Shown: positions 1-8,085, counted from the first letter of the stretch. The stretch: 12,718 nucleotides of DNA from Nanobdellota archaeon (GCA_043814765.1 JBDRJQ010000030.1:1-12718), one strand, 5' to 3'. Notes: generated by a model not told the origin, from the sequence alone. Program-made: numbers and translations.

Positions 1-77
1 CCAGTTCTATATCCTAAAGCTGCCCAAATGCCTGTGTGCCCATGAAATTCCTGTATTTTTTCAATCGCATTTTCCAT
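1..77 (-). CDS. FmdE-family (formylmethanofuran dehydrogenase subunit E-like) protein, N-terminal fragment running off the left edge
   Basis: Manual translation from ATG at 77 gives MENAIEKIQEFHGHTGIWAALGYRTG..., matching the FmdE N-terminal FHGHxxxxxxLGxR motif. Not in the ORF track. Confidence 0.8.
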   Translation of the reverse strand, partial: MENAIEKIQEFHGHTGIWAALGYRT

Positions 78-106
78 ATATATTATTCTAATATCAAATA
101 TAAACA
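77..106. promoter_or_regulatory. Overlapping divergent TATA-like promoters for the FmdE-like gene and gatD
   Basis: TATATATT at 77-84 (+) lies 22 nt before the gatD ATG. TTTATATT at 104-97 (-) lies about 20 nt before the FmdE-like ATG. Only 29 nt separate the two start codons. Confidence 0.5.
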
Positions 107-1471
107 ATGTACTCAAAAAATATGCAAACCGTTCTAAAGACGCGAAAAATCAAAATAGGAGATCGTATTCTACTGACTAAAGGTAAAAAGAAATATGAAG
201 GTCTTTTAATGCCTAAAACAGAGGTGGGTGATCCCAGCGCTCTTGTTATAAAACTCGACAATGGTTACAACGTTGGTATGAAACTTGAACGCGGAGCCAG
301 TATTAAAAAATCCACAACAAAGACGCCTAAAGACACCAAAGAAGAAAAGGAATACGAACTTGGAAAAATTGATAAAGATCTTCTAAAACTAAAGTTTGAT
401 CCCAAAAAACCTGCAATAGCTTTTGTTTCAACCGGTGGTACAATTGCATCACGTGTTGATTACACGACAGGAGGCGTTGTTGCAACAATGAAACCCCATG
501 AAATTCTACACAATGTTCCAGAGCTGAAAGAGTTTGTTAACATAAAATATATGTCCAGTCCTCTCAACAAGATGAGTGAGGATATGGATTACAGGGATTG
601 GCAAACCATAGCAAAGGAAGTGGTTAAACATCTTAACAGTGACGCAGAAGGTGTAATTGTTTCACATGGGACAGATACTCTGCATTACACTGCAGCTGCA
701 CTGTCGTTCATGTTACAGAATTTAACCAAGCCAGTCGTCCTTGTCGGCGCACAGAGATCAAGCGATCGCGGTTCATCTGATGCGGGTTTTAATATTATCT
801 GTGCTGCACACGCAGCGCTTTCAAACATTGCAGAGGTTGGCACCTGCATGCACGCAGAAGCCGGCGACACTTTTTGCCATTTCATCCGCGGGACAAAGGT
901 TCGCAAGCTCCATACAACAAGAAGAGATGCCTTTCAGGCAATAAACGATCTTCCGCTGGCAAAAATCTGGCCAAACGGTAAGATAGAAATTACATCAAGC
1001 AATGTCAGACTGCGCAAAGACGGCAAAGCTAAAGTCACTATAAACGCAAACTTTGAGCCTAAAGTCGCAATCGTAAAAGCTCATCCAGGATCAGAGCCTG
1101 ACATACTTGATTACTACAAAAAGAAAGGATACAAAGGCTTTGTCATCATCGGAACAGGTATGGGGCACGTGCCAACAAATTGGTTAGAAACAATAAAGAA
1201 AATGACCAAAAGCAAAATTCCTGTCGTAGTTACATCCGAAACAATCTATGGCAGAGTTAATCCAAATGTCTACAAAAACTTAAGGCTTCTATACCATGGT
1301 GCTGGTGCAATACCAGGCGAAGACATGACATCAGAAACAGCTTACATCAAGCTTGGTTGGGTCCTAGGACAGACAAAAAAAATAGATAAAGTGAAGAGTA
1401 TGATGTTAATCAACATAGCTGGAGAAATAACTGAAAGAAGTGAATACGAAAAGGATTTTGTTGGGTTTTAG
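107..1471 (+). CDS. gatD: Glutamyl-tRNA(Gln) amidotransferase subunit D
   Basis: 454 aa. N-terminal GatD domain (EGLLMP, IKLDNGYNVG), asparaginase-type motifs TGGTIASRVDY and HGTDT, and GatD-typical GAQRSSDRGSSD, RGTKVRKLHT-RRDAF, GTGMGH and NIAGEI. gatE is in the same window. Confidence 0.97.
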   Translation: MYSKNMQTVLKTRKIKIGDRILLTKGKKKYEGLLMPKTEVGDPSALVIKLDNGYNVGMKLERGASIKKSTTKTPKDTKEEKEYELGKIDKDLLKLKFDPKKPAIAFVSTGGTIASRVDYTTGGVVATMKPHEILHNVPELKEFVNIKYMSSPLNKMSEDMDYRDWQTIAKEVVKHLNSDAEGVIVSHGTDTLHYTAAALSFMLQNLTKPVVLVGAQRSSDRGSSDAGFNIICAAHAALSNIAEVGTCMHAEAGDTFCHFIRGTKVRKLHTTRRDAFQAINDLPLAKIWPNGKIEITSSNVRLRKDGKAKVTINANFEPKVAIVKAHPGSEPDILDYYKKKGYKGFVIIGTGMGHVPTNWLETIKKMTKSKIPVVVTSETIYGRVNPNVYKNLRLLYHGAGAIPGEDMTSETAYIKLGWVLGQTKKIDKVKSMMLINIAGEITERSEYEKDFVGF

Positions 1472-1489
1472 TCTCACGTTTTTAGGAAA

Positions 1490-2887
1490 TTAAAAAGAAA
1501 CTGGTATGTCTTTTTTGGTCATTCTCTCAAGAAAGTATAGAGCATCAGAAGTAATATAAAAAGATTCTCTTTTGCTATCTAGTAAGCTGACAAAAAAAAT
1601 TCTGCCTTCTTTGTTTAGTTTGTTAAGTGCCCATATTGCGTCTTCCTCTGCCCACCAGTTTTTGTTGGTTTCTATTTTATTAAGAAGGAATTCAATAATC
1701 GATCTGTCTTTTTCATTTAATTCACCTGAAACGTGAAAATTTTTGTAGATGTATAAATTGTTGAGTTTATGAAAATCAGCGGACATATATTCTTTGGCAT
1801 TAAGCTCGCAAAGTGACCATGTTATCCAGTGAACTGAAGCTTTATCTTTTTCATTTTTAATGATTTCTAATAGAAATTTAATTATTTTTTGTTTATGATA
1901 GTCTTTTAAATACGGATTATCTACAGCAATTGCACCCAGGCACCAAACCGATTCTGATTTTATTCTTTTATGGTGGATGTATTCTAATATTTTAAAATCC
2001 TTCTCAATATTTATTTTTTTATCGGTTAACAGATGCTCTATACCAGATTTTTTAGTCCAGCACAACATTTCATAGAAAAAATCTTTATTTTTTCTATTTT
2101 CCTCTAAAATCTTTGCAACATCATCGTTCAAATAAGTTTCTATAAAATAGTCAATCCCATCATCAATCATCTCGCCAAATTTTATCAATGAAAAGAAGGC
2201 GCCAATTTTTTGTACGCAATAGCCTTTTTCCACAATACCCTTTAATAATCTCATTGTTTTCGCGTTTTTCATATGAAGTCTGCCAAGGGTTAGGATAGGC
2301 TCTACTGCAACCCACGGATTTTTCTCATTTTTAATTACATATATTAAAAAATCAGTAATTTCATCTGTTTTTAGACCCAAAATACTAAAGCTCCAGAGCG
2401 CCCACCATCTGACTTCATCAACATCCTTTTTCGAGGCTTCCATAAGAAAATCAATTACTTCTGGCTCCGTTATTCTCATGTAAGCGAAAATCTTAATTAT
2501 TAATATTCTTACATTAATGTCAGAGTGTGTTTTACCAAGATTAATTAATTTAGAAATATTTTGCTTGGGGAAACTGCGTCTCTTTTGGAATGATTTATCA
2601 AGAAATATATAGAAAGAAAGGAAATTGGTTGTCACTTTATTTATTTTATCAGAATGTTGAATCAATTCATCAATAGCTCCCGGGTGCATCAAACACATCT
2701 TAAAACATACTCTTAAAATAAAATTATTCTCCGGCGAATAATCTTCTGTTTTTTCCAGCGCTGACAAAAGAGGTTTAAGCAGTCTTTTATCAGGATCCTC
2801 GTATATCTGAATGCAGGCATCCAGTGTTTTTTTCTCATCCCCGTTGGATAGCATTTCTTTTATTTTTTCGACTTCAAGCGCTTTCAT
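1490..2887 (-). CDS. HEAT-repeat (alpha-solenoid) protein of unknown function
   Basis: Repeated HEAT-like units about 35 aa apart: INVRILIIKIFAYM, DEVRWWALWSFSILG, PWVAVEPILTLGRL, VQKIGAFFSLIKFG; later RIKSESVWCLGAI and WWAEEDAIWALNKL. Start set at ATG 2887 because a TTTTAAAT box lies about 20 nt upstream; the ORF track start is 2908. Confidence 0.75.
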   Translation of the reverse strand: MKALEVEKIKEMLSNGDEKKTLDACIQIYEDPDKRLLKPLLSALEKTEDYSPENNFILRVCFKMCLMHPGAIDELIQHSDKINKVTTNFLSFYIFLDKSFQKRRSFPKQNISKLINLGKTHSDINVRILIIKIFAYMRITEPEVIDFLMEASKKDVDEVRWWALWSFSILGLKTDEITDFLIYVIKNEKNPWVAVEPILTLGRLHMKNAKTMRLLKGIVEKGYCVQKIGAFFSLIKFGEMIDDGIDYFIETYLNDDVAKILEENRKNKDFFYEMLCWTKKSGIEHLLTDKKINIEKDFKILEYIHHKRIKSESVWCLGAIAVDNPYLKDYHKQKIIKFLLEIIKNEKDKASVHWITWSLCELNAKEYMSADFHKLNNLYIYKNFHVSGELNEKDRSIIEFLLNKIETNKNWWAEEDAIWALNKLNKEGRIFFVSLLDSKRESFYITSDALYFLERMTKKDIPVSF

Positions 2888-2940
2888 ATTAATTAATTGG
2901 ATATACATTTAAAACTGTTTTGGTTTTTATGTGGTACTTA

Positions 2941-3381
2941 TTAAAGATCTGTTAATGCTATCATGGTCTGTGTTTTCTTGACATATCCATGTTTTCTTAA
3001 TTCATGCACTACGAACTGGTCAAGCTCTTCTATTCCTTTTGTTCTTATTCTAAGAATTAGATCAGTTATTCCAGTTACAGTACTAACATTTTCTACAATA
3101 CCTTTATTACCCATTGAGTGTTCAAAATCTTCCCTGATTTTTTTAGTATCATTTATTTGAGCATAATCAACAGACAGAAGTACGTAAGCTAGTATTTTCA
3201 TTCCGATTTTTTTGTAATCAGGAACAACGGTATATTTTTTAATAATCCCCTCATTGTTCATTTTTTTTATCCTATTATGAATTGTTGTGATCGGTAGTTG
3301 GGTTTTTTTTGAAATTTGTCTTGTACTTAATCTAGAATTTTCTTGTAGTGTTGATAGAATTTTTGCATCTTTTTCGTCCAT
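2941..3381 (-). CDS. Lrp/AsnC family transcriptional regulator
   Basis: MDEKDAKILSTLQENSRLSTRQISKKTQLPITTIHNRIKKM is the classic Lrp HTH, followed by a GIIKKYTVVPDYKKIG linker and a RAM domain (VTGITDLILRI...GIEELDQFV...VKKTQTMIAL). ATG 3381 is preferred over TTG 3399 because a TTTATATT box lies about 21 nt upstream. Confidence 0.95.
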   Translation of the reverse strand: MDEKDAKILSTLQENSRLSTRQISKKTQLPITTIHNRIKKMNNEGIIKKYTVVPDYKKIGMKILAYVLLSVDYAQINDTKKIREDFEHSMGNKGIVENVSTVTGITDLILRIRTKGIEELDQFVVHELRKHGYVKKTQTMIALTDL

Positions 3382-3446
3382 AACGATATATTTGTACAAT
3401 TAAATATAAAAACTTAACATTTTCTTCATTAATTATATAGTAAATG

Positions 3447-3478
3447 GAACACTTGTTTTTGCAGTAGAACATGTGTTC
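3447..3478. promoter_or_regulatory. Pair of palindromic operator-like sites GAACA-N2-TGTTY
   Basis: GAACActTGTTT (3447-3458) and GAACAtgTGTTC (3467-3478), 20 bp apart start to start, upstream of the Lrp gene promoter. Confidence 0.6.
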
Positions 3479-3769
3479 CGTTAAGTATTAAAAGTTAATG
3501 TTTTTGTTGTATTTTTATTCCATTTTTGAAATGATATCTTAATATAACAACTTTTTTAGAACTATTAAATAGAAGGATATTTAGAGAAACAACTAAATTT
3601 TCTTCCTTTAATCATAACCACTCAAATCATGTTCATACACGCCTTCGAAAACGCGAGACATAAAATTATGCCTTGTTAAACATAACCCAGAGTATTGGGG
3701 ATCAAAGGAAAATTACTCAGCAATAGATATTGCGTTTCAATATTTTATATAGATAGAGCAATCTAAGTT

Positions 3770-3781
3770 GAACAATTGTTC
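3770..3781. promoter_or_regulatory. Third copy of the palindrome, GAACAatTGTTC (perfect 12-bp palindrome)
   Basis: Same consensus as the 3447 and 3467 sites, about 105 nt upstream of the 3886 start. Confidence 0.5.
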
Positions 3782-3885
3782 TGAATATCAACTTCTTTTA
3801 CGCAAGACACGTATATAACGACGTGTGATTTAGATAGATTTTACCCAACAAACAAATCGAATCAATAATTCGTAAGGACTATACT

Positions 3886-4848
3886 ATGAATTCGGCTTAT
3901 ATTCTACTATACACTCCACCATGGATTTTAGCAGGTATTCCTTTTGCAGTTGCTATGGCAATAGTGACCTGCATAACAATTGCTGAAAAAATCCCACAAC
4001 GACTGAATATGATGTTCCTGTTTTTTATGTTTCTTTTTGGAGCGATGGTGACTATATCACTTCTAGTTTGGCAATACGCGGCTAGAGAATCAGGATGGTG
4101 GATTCTGGTTCTAGCAGGAACATTAATTGAAATACTGTCGGGATGGGTTTACTATTCTTCAAAAAATAAAGAGGAACAACGTCTATATCATGAAGGACAA
4201 TCCGGTGGAAGCAAACTGTTCTTTTATTCTTTTCTCTACATGTTAGCGGTTGTCATCTTGGTTGCTGGTGGCACGTTTGCCTGGGCTAATGGCATGATGC
4301 TCTCTATGGGAGAGGCGCCGATAATAGGTATGGTTGTCATTTTCATCATTCTTTTGATGATTGTGCTTTCTGTAGGATATTTTTCCTATCTTGTAATAGA
4401 GGGCATGATAAAACCGCTTCTGATGCTGGTGGGTGTTGTTACTGAGATTCATAATATACAACTCACCGCAGTTCATAAGCTTGTGGGTATCAAAGGAAAC
4501 CGCAAGGATGTTAGTAAGTACCTGTTTTTCATTCGCCGATTAAATCCGCCTGCAAGCATAATTACCGGAGTTTTCCACTACTTTCGCGACTGTCTCTTGT
4601 CAACAACGTTTCAAGAATCTGAAGATATATGGACAATAGCTATTGTTAGTCGGAAACGTGGGCTTAGCAATACAGCTAAAAAGGCTCGAAAGGATTGTGT
4701 TGACGAGCTTGTCGCTGAATTAAAGGATTCAATGAATGAATATTCCGGTGATGAAACTTTTGTTCTAGCAAAAGATTCTGAAAACGGAGTAAAATTTGGT
4801 GAAGATATGAAAAGCTTTGCCGAGTTTAAAGGGGGCGAAGAAAGATGA
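3886..4848 (+). CDS. Multi-pass membrane protein (about 5 TM helices) with a soluble C-terminal domain, unknown function
   Basis: 320-aa ORF with five long hydrophobic stretches in the first ~185 aa and a charged C-terminus. AAGGA SD-like motif upstream; ATGA overlap with the next gene. Confidence 0.8.
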   Translation: MNSAYILLYTPPWILAGIPFAVAMAIVTCITIAEKIPQRLNMMFLFFMFLFGAMVTISLLVWQYAARESGWWILVLAGTLIEILSGWVYYSSKNKEEQRLYHEGQSGGSKLFFYSFLYMLAVVILVAGGTFAWANGMMLSMGEAPIIGMVVIFIILLMIVLSVGYFSYLVIEGMIKPLLMLVGVVTEIHNIQLTAVHKLVGIKGNRKDVSKYLFFIRRLNPPASIITGVFHYFRDCLLSTTFQESEDIWTIAIVSRKRGLSNTAKKARKDCVDELVAELKDSMNEYSGDETFVLAKDSENGVKFGEDMKSFAEFKGGEER

Positions 4849-6179
4849 AGAGTATATCACTTTTTATTTTGATTTGTGCATGCTTTCTTTTACTCTCATG
4901 CACCCCCGCTAGCCGTGTCGGTCCAGTGATTGTGCTGAATGCGAGCCCCAATTTCTCCGAGCAGCTACAAAGTAAGGAGACAAGAATGATCATCGATAGG
5001 ACCATCATGATGTCAAGGCCTGGACCAGTGACAATTTACGCCCTGACTTCCGAACACCCAGTCATCCTACAATATCCCAATACATCCGGGATAGATGCGA
5101 AAAAGATGCTCTCGGATGCTCAGAAGGTAATCGAGCAGCGAAGCGATGTTGACAAAACTTCTGAGCATCCGAATCATGGAACATCTTTGGAATTGATAAA
5201 TAAGGATAGAATTTCAGGTACTCCACTTCTGTTGATGATGATCACTGATGGAAAGGTTAATGAAGGCGAATTCGAAGAAATGAAATTTGTTTTCAACGAT
5301 CTGTTCAACAACGGTCCGACAAGAGTGATTGTTCTGGGGCTTTCACAGGATTTTGTTGCAAATGGTTATGAGTCAACGTTGAGGCGCTGGAATGAAATGT
5401 TTGACAGCATCGAAGCCCAAAATCTTTACATGTGGTCGAATGATGGTAGGGGGTATTTTGTAAGTGATAGATCATCACTTCCTTCAGAGTTGTTGCTAAT
5501 ACCTCCTAACAACTCTCGCCGTCAACCTGAATTCCACCTAGAAGCTCCTGTTAAACCCGCCGACTTTCCCAAACCTAAGGCAACCGAAAAGACGAGTGTT
5601 AATATTGTAGTGATGCTCGACATATCCGGTAGTTTCCGGAAATTTCTTCCAAAGGCGAAGGAGAGTTTAAATGAACTGGTATTATCGTTGAGAGAAGGCG
5701 ATTCTATCACAGTTCTTACAGTGTCGGATTCGGTTCAAACAATTACATCACAAGAAATAACAAACTCTGTTAGGGATATAATAGGAATCCGGGAACTTGT
5801 CGACGCAATTCAGATTTCGAGGGACAGGGGAACCGATGTTGTTGGGGGCTTCCTTTGGTCCCTCAATATTTTGGAGGCTAATGATCACGGCGATAGTCAA
5901 GGAAAAATCTTGGTTTTCGTCACAGATGGCGAACCGGATTTTCATCCACTTTCACAGCAAACAGCGAAAGCATGGAAATCGCCTGCAATTCTTCAAGAAA
6001 CTGAAATTTATGTAGTGGGTTATAGTTTCGATATGAAGGAACTCAGCATGCATACGTTACTGCATAACGAATCGATTTCGTACGAAGAGAAACCCCTTAC
6101 AGGTTTCAGCGATCTCATTTACACTTTCAGAGACGAACTTTCATCTCGTCCTGATAATATCTTAAATGGAGGTGAATGA
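4845..6179 (+). CDS. Exported lipoprotein-like protein with tandem von Willebrand factor A (vWA) domains
   Basis: Signal peptide ending LLLSC. C-terminal vWA with an intact MIDAS (IVVMLDISGSF, RGTD, LVFVTDGEP, IYVVGY). N-terminal degenerate vWA (VIVLNASPNF, HGTS, MMITDGK, VIVLGL). Pro-rich linker between them. Confidence 0.85.
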   Translation: MKSISLFILICACFLLLSCTPASRVGPVIVLNASPNFSEQLQSKETRMIIDRTIMMSRPGPVTIYALTSEHPVILQYPNTSGIDAKKMLSDAQKVIEQRSDVDKTSEHPNHGTSLELINKDRISGTPLLLMMITDGKVNEGEFEEMKFVFNDLFNNGPTRVIVLGLSQDFVANGYESTLRRWNEMFDSIEAQNLYMWSNDGRGYFVSDRSSLPSELLLIPPNNSRRQPEFHLEAPVKPADFPKPKATEKTSVNIVVMLDISGSFRKFLPKAKESLNELVLSLREGDSITVLTVSDSVQTITSQEITNSVRDIIGIRELVDAIQISRDRGTDVVGGFLWSLNILEANDHGDSQGKILVFVTDGEPDFHPLSQQTAKAWKSPAILQETEIYVVGYSFDMKELSMHTLLHNESISYEEKPLTGFSDLIYTFRDELSSRPDNILNGGE

Positions 6180-6895
6180 TCATGTTTTGGTACATGACAA
6201 CCTTCGTAATTCTTATAACTGGTTACTTTCTCTATGACCGTGGCACAAGCATACCAGGGATACTTGTATTATGTTTTGCTATATTCGTTGTTTTGTATAG
6301 TGTCCTATGGTTTACAATCACTTACAATTCAATGAATTCGCTCAAGAGGAAGGTGGAAAAATCGTTGTCTAATATCGGCGTCGAGCTCAAACGTCGCCGA
6401 GATCTTATAGCGTCACTCCCATATTTCCTTGCAATGTTACCTAAGGATTTGAAGGAACTTGCATTACACTACATGGCTTCTCGCTATAAAACAGGAGACA
6501 TGTCTGGTGGAATTCCTATCAATTGCTTAATTCCGTTTACCACCTTTACGGAAAGGTATCCTGAAGAAGTTAATAGATTGCCAGAGGCTTTTCATAACTT
6601 TCGTAGAGAAATTACTGGCATTGAAAACGATATAAGAAATGCCAGGGTTACACAGAACGATTTTACCGCTGAGTACAACGAATTGATCAATAGAATGCCG
6701 GAATCTATTGTTGCTCAACTTTGTGGCTTTCGAGAAATTCCTCTTATCATTGTCGACGAGGAAAGTGAAGAATATAGGACATTGGAACTTAATCAGATTG
6801 AATCTGGTGATATTCCAATAGATCCACCTTCTCACTTTAAGAAATATGGTTCTTCGGAATCTGATGATGATGAAGAAATCAATCGGTCAGCATAA
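6176..6895 (+). CDS. lemA: LemA family membrane protein (divergent)
   Basis: N-terminal TM segments, then YNSMNSLKRKVEKSLSNIGVELKRRRDLI, ERYPE and IENDIRNARVTQNDFTAEYNELINRMPESIVAQLCGF, which follow the LemA consensus. GGAGGTGA SD at 6168-6175 suggests the true start may be ATG 6182. Confidence 0.88.
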   Translation: MIMFWYMTTFVILITGYFLYDRGTSIPGILVLCFAIFVVLYSVLWFTITYNSMNSLKRKVEKSLSNIGVELKRRRDLIASLPYFLAMLPKDLKELALHYMASRYKTGDMSGGIPINCLIPFTTFTERYPEEVNRLPEAFHNFRREITGIENDIRNARVTQNDFTAEYNELINRMPESIVAQLCGFREIPLIIVDEESEEYRTLELNQIESGDIPIDPPSHFKKYGSSESDDDEEINRSA

Positions 6896-6900
6896 TCTTT

Positions 6901-6947
6901 AAGCGCGTCCTACATATTGTAAGGTGTCGGCGCGCTTTACTTTTTTT
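6901..6947 (+). terminator. GC-rich hairpin plus T-tract, putative terminator of the TM-vWA-LemA operon
   Basis: AAGCGCG (6901-6907) pairs with CGCGCTT (6931-6937), with an inner TACA/TGTA stem, followed by TACTTTTTTT. Confidence 0.65.
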
Positions 6948-6982
6948 AAAAACCATTTTTGAAAATTAGAGAGGTTATAAAT

Positions 6983-7207
6983 ATGGAATACGCGATTACC
7001 AGAAAACAAATTAACACTGAGAATGTTAGAGATCTTCATTCTGATGTATATGGAGATTTTAGATTATTACATGGAAGTGTTAAAAATCTCAGAGGGGATG
7101 TTACATGTATTTACGGAAATGCTGACAAAGTCACAGAAAAGTTTGACGTTACTGATAAATATGGTGGTGTTGATTTTTTCCCTAGGCGGAAACCAGTCAG
7201 TTATTAA
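6983..7207 (+). CDS. Small hypothetical protein with 7-residue Gly-containing repeats
   Basis: 74 aa from ATG 6983, preceded by a GAGGT SD. Repeats VYGDFRL/LHGSVKN/LRGDVTC/IYGNADK. Confidence 0.65.
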   Translation: MEYAITRKQINTENVRDLHSDVYGDFRLLHGSVKNLRGDVTCIYGNADKVTEKFDVTDKYGGVDFFPRRKPVSY

Positions 7208-7254
7208 TATTAATTAGATTATTGAGAAATTATTTTTTTGTAAGGAGAAAACTA

Positions 7255-8085
7255 ATGGAAGAAAACAAAATTCAGGTAATTGGAACAGAGAAGAAAAAAA
7301 AGGATTCATTTCTTTTACAGCTGGAAAAATTAGCAATAATTGATCCTAATGAGATAATGCCTGGCGGAAGTTCAATGCTCGATCGAAGTTTTGTGGGGGA
7401 ATTCACTGGGGGTGATATCAATAAACGTGTGAAATCTTTAGGATATAAACCTCTTGGGAAAGCTTTGAAATCAGTGGTATTGGCCAAACTTCTAAGAGAA
7501 AATGGTATAAAAGTATTCAGCAATGAAACAGTTGATGAATATATGGATAATATGTTGGTAGAGAAGAATTTTGTTTTTAATATACTTGATACCATTACCA
7601 CCGTTATGTATTTTGGTGGTGTGGTGGGAGGTATCTTAGGTACACTTTCTCTTATCGTTCTAGGTATCTGTACTCTTTTCGGAGCATCATTTATTCCACT
7701 AGTGTGGAATGTTTTATGGCCTATTACCATAGTTTCAGTCGTTTCTTTTTTAGCAACAATCTTATTCCCATGGCCAACGCCTTCATTTTGGGTATGGGAA
7801 AATGTTTCACTAAAGAAATATCAGGGCCATATACCTACAAAAATTATAGAGAGGGCAGAGTTAATTAATGATAAAGCAAAAGCCAGCGATTTATCTGTGG
7901 TTTTTGAAGTTCATGAACTTAGAAGAATGTGGAGAGCTCTTTTTATAAATCCGTTTGGGGTTGTAGGAGGTCTCTTAGGTTTAGGTGATCCGTTTCTAAG
8001 TGTAAGAGTTAAACGTAGCGATATACTTTATTATGTTGGTGTTTGGGAAGAAAGTTCATTTAAAGGTAGAAGCCTTCTCCCATGA
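7255..8085 (+). CDS. Hypothetical membrane protein with two central TM helices
   Basis: 276 aa from ATG 7255, preceded by an AAGGAG SD (ORF track start TTG 7222). Hydrophobic hairpin in the middle; C-terminal DPFLSV...YYVGVWEE motif. Confidence 0.8.
   Translation: MEENKIQVIGTEKKKKDSFLLQLEKLAIIDPNEIMPGGSSMLDRSFVGEFTGGDINKRVKSLGYKPLGKALKSVVLAKLLRENGIKVFSNETVDEYMDNMLVEKNFVFNILDTITTVMYFGGVVGGILGTLSLIVLGICTLFGASFIPLVWNVLWPITIVSVVSFLATILFPWPTPSFWVWENVSLKKYQGHIPTKIIERAELINDKAKASDLSVVFEVHELRRMWRALFINPFGVVGGLLGLGDPFLSVRVKRSDILYYVGVWEESSFKGRSLLP

Noticed and set aside
685..944. ORFs 685-906 (-) and 741-944 (+)
   Set aside because: Shadow frames inside the well-supported gatD; no recognisable motifs.
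2963..3160. 65-aa + strand ORF
   Set aside because: Antisense to the Lrp gene.
3629..3679. 16-codon ORF MFIHAFENARHKIMPC in the long leader, considered as a leader peptide
   Set aside because: No SD, no amino-acid run and no attenuator T-tract; expected by chance.
4243..7730. Short alternative ORFs (4243-4476, 4826-5008, 5522-5710, 5748-5945, 5797-6015, 6527-6835, 7023-7217, 7272-7730)
   Set aside because: All overlap longer genes that have SD motifs or family signatures. 7023-7217 competes with 6983-7207, which has the SD and the repeat pattern.
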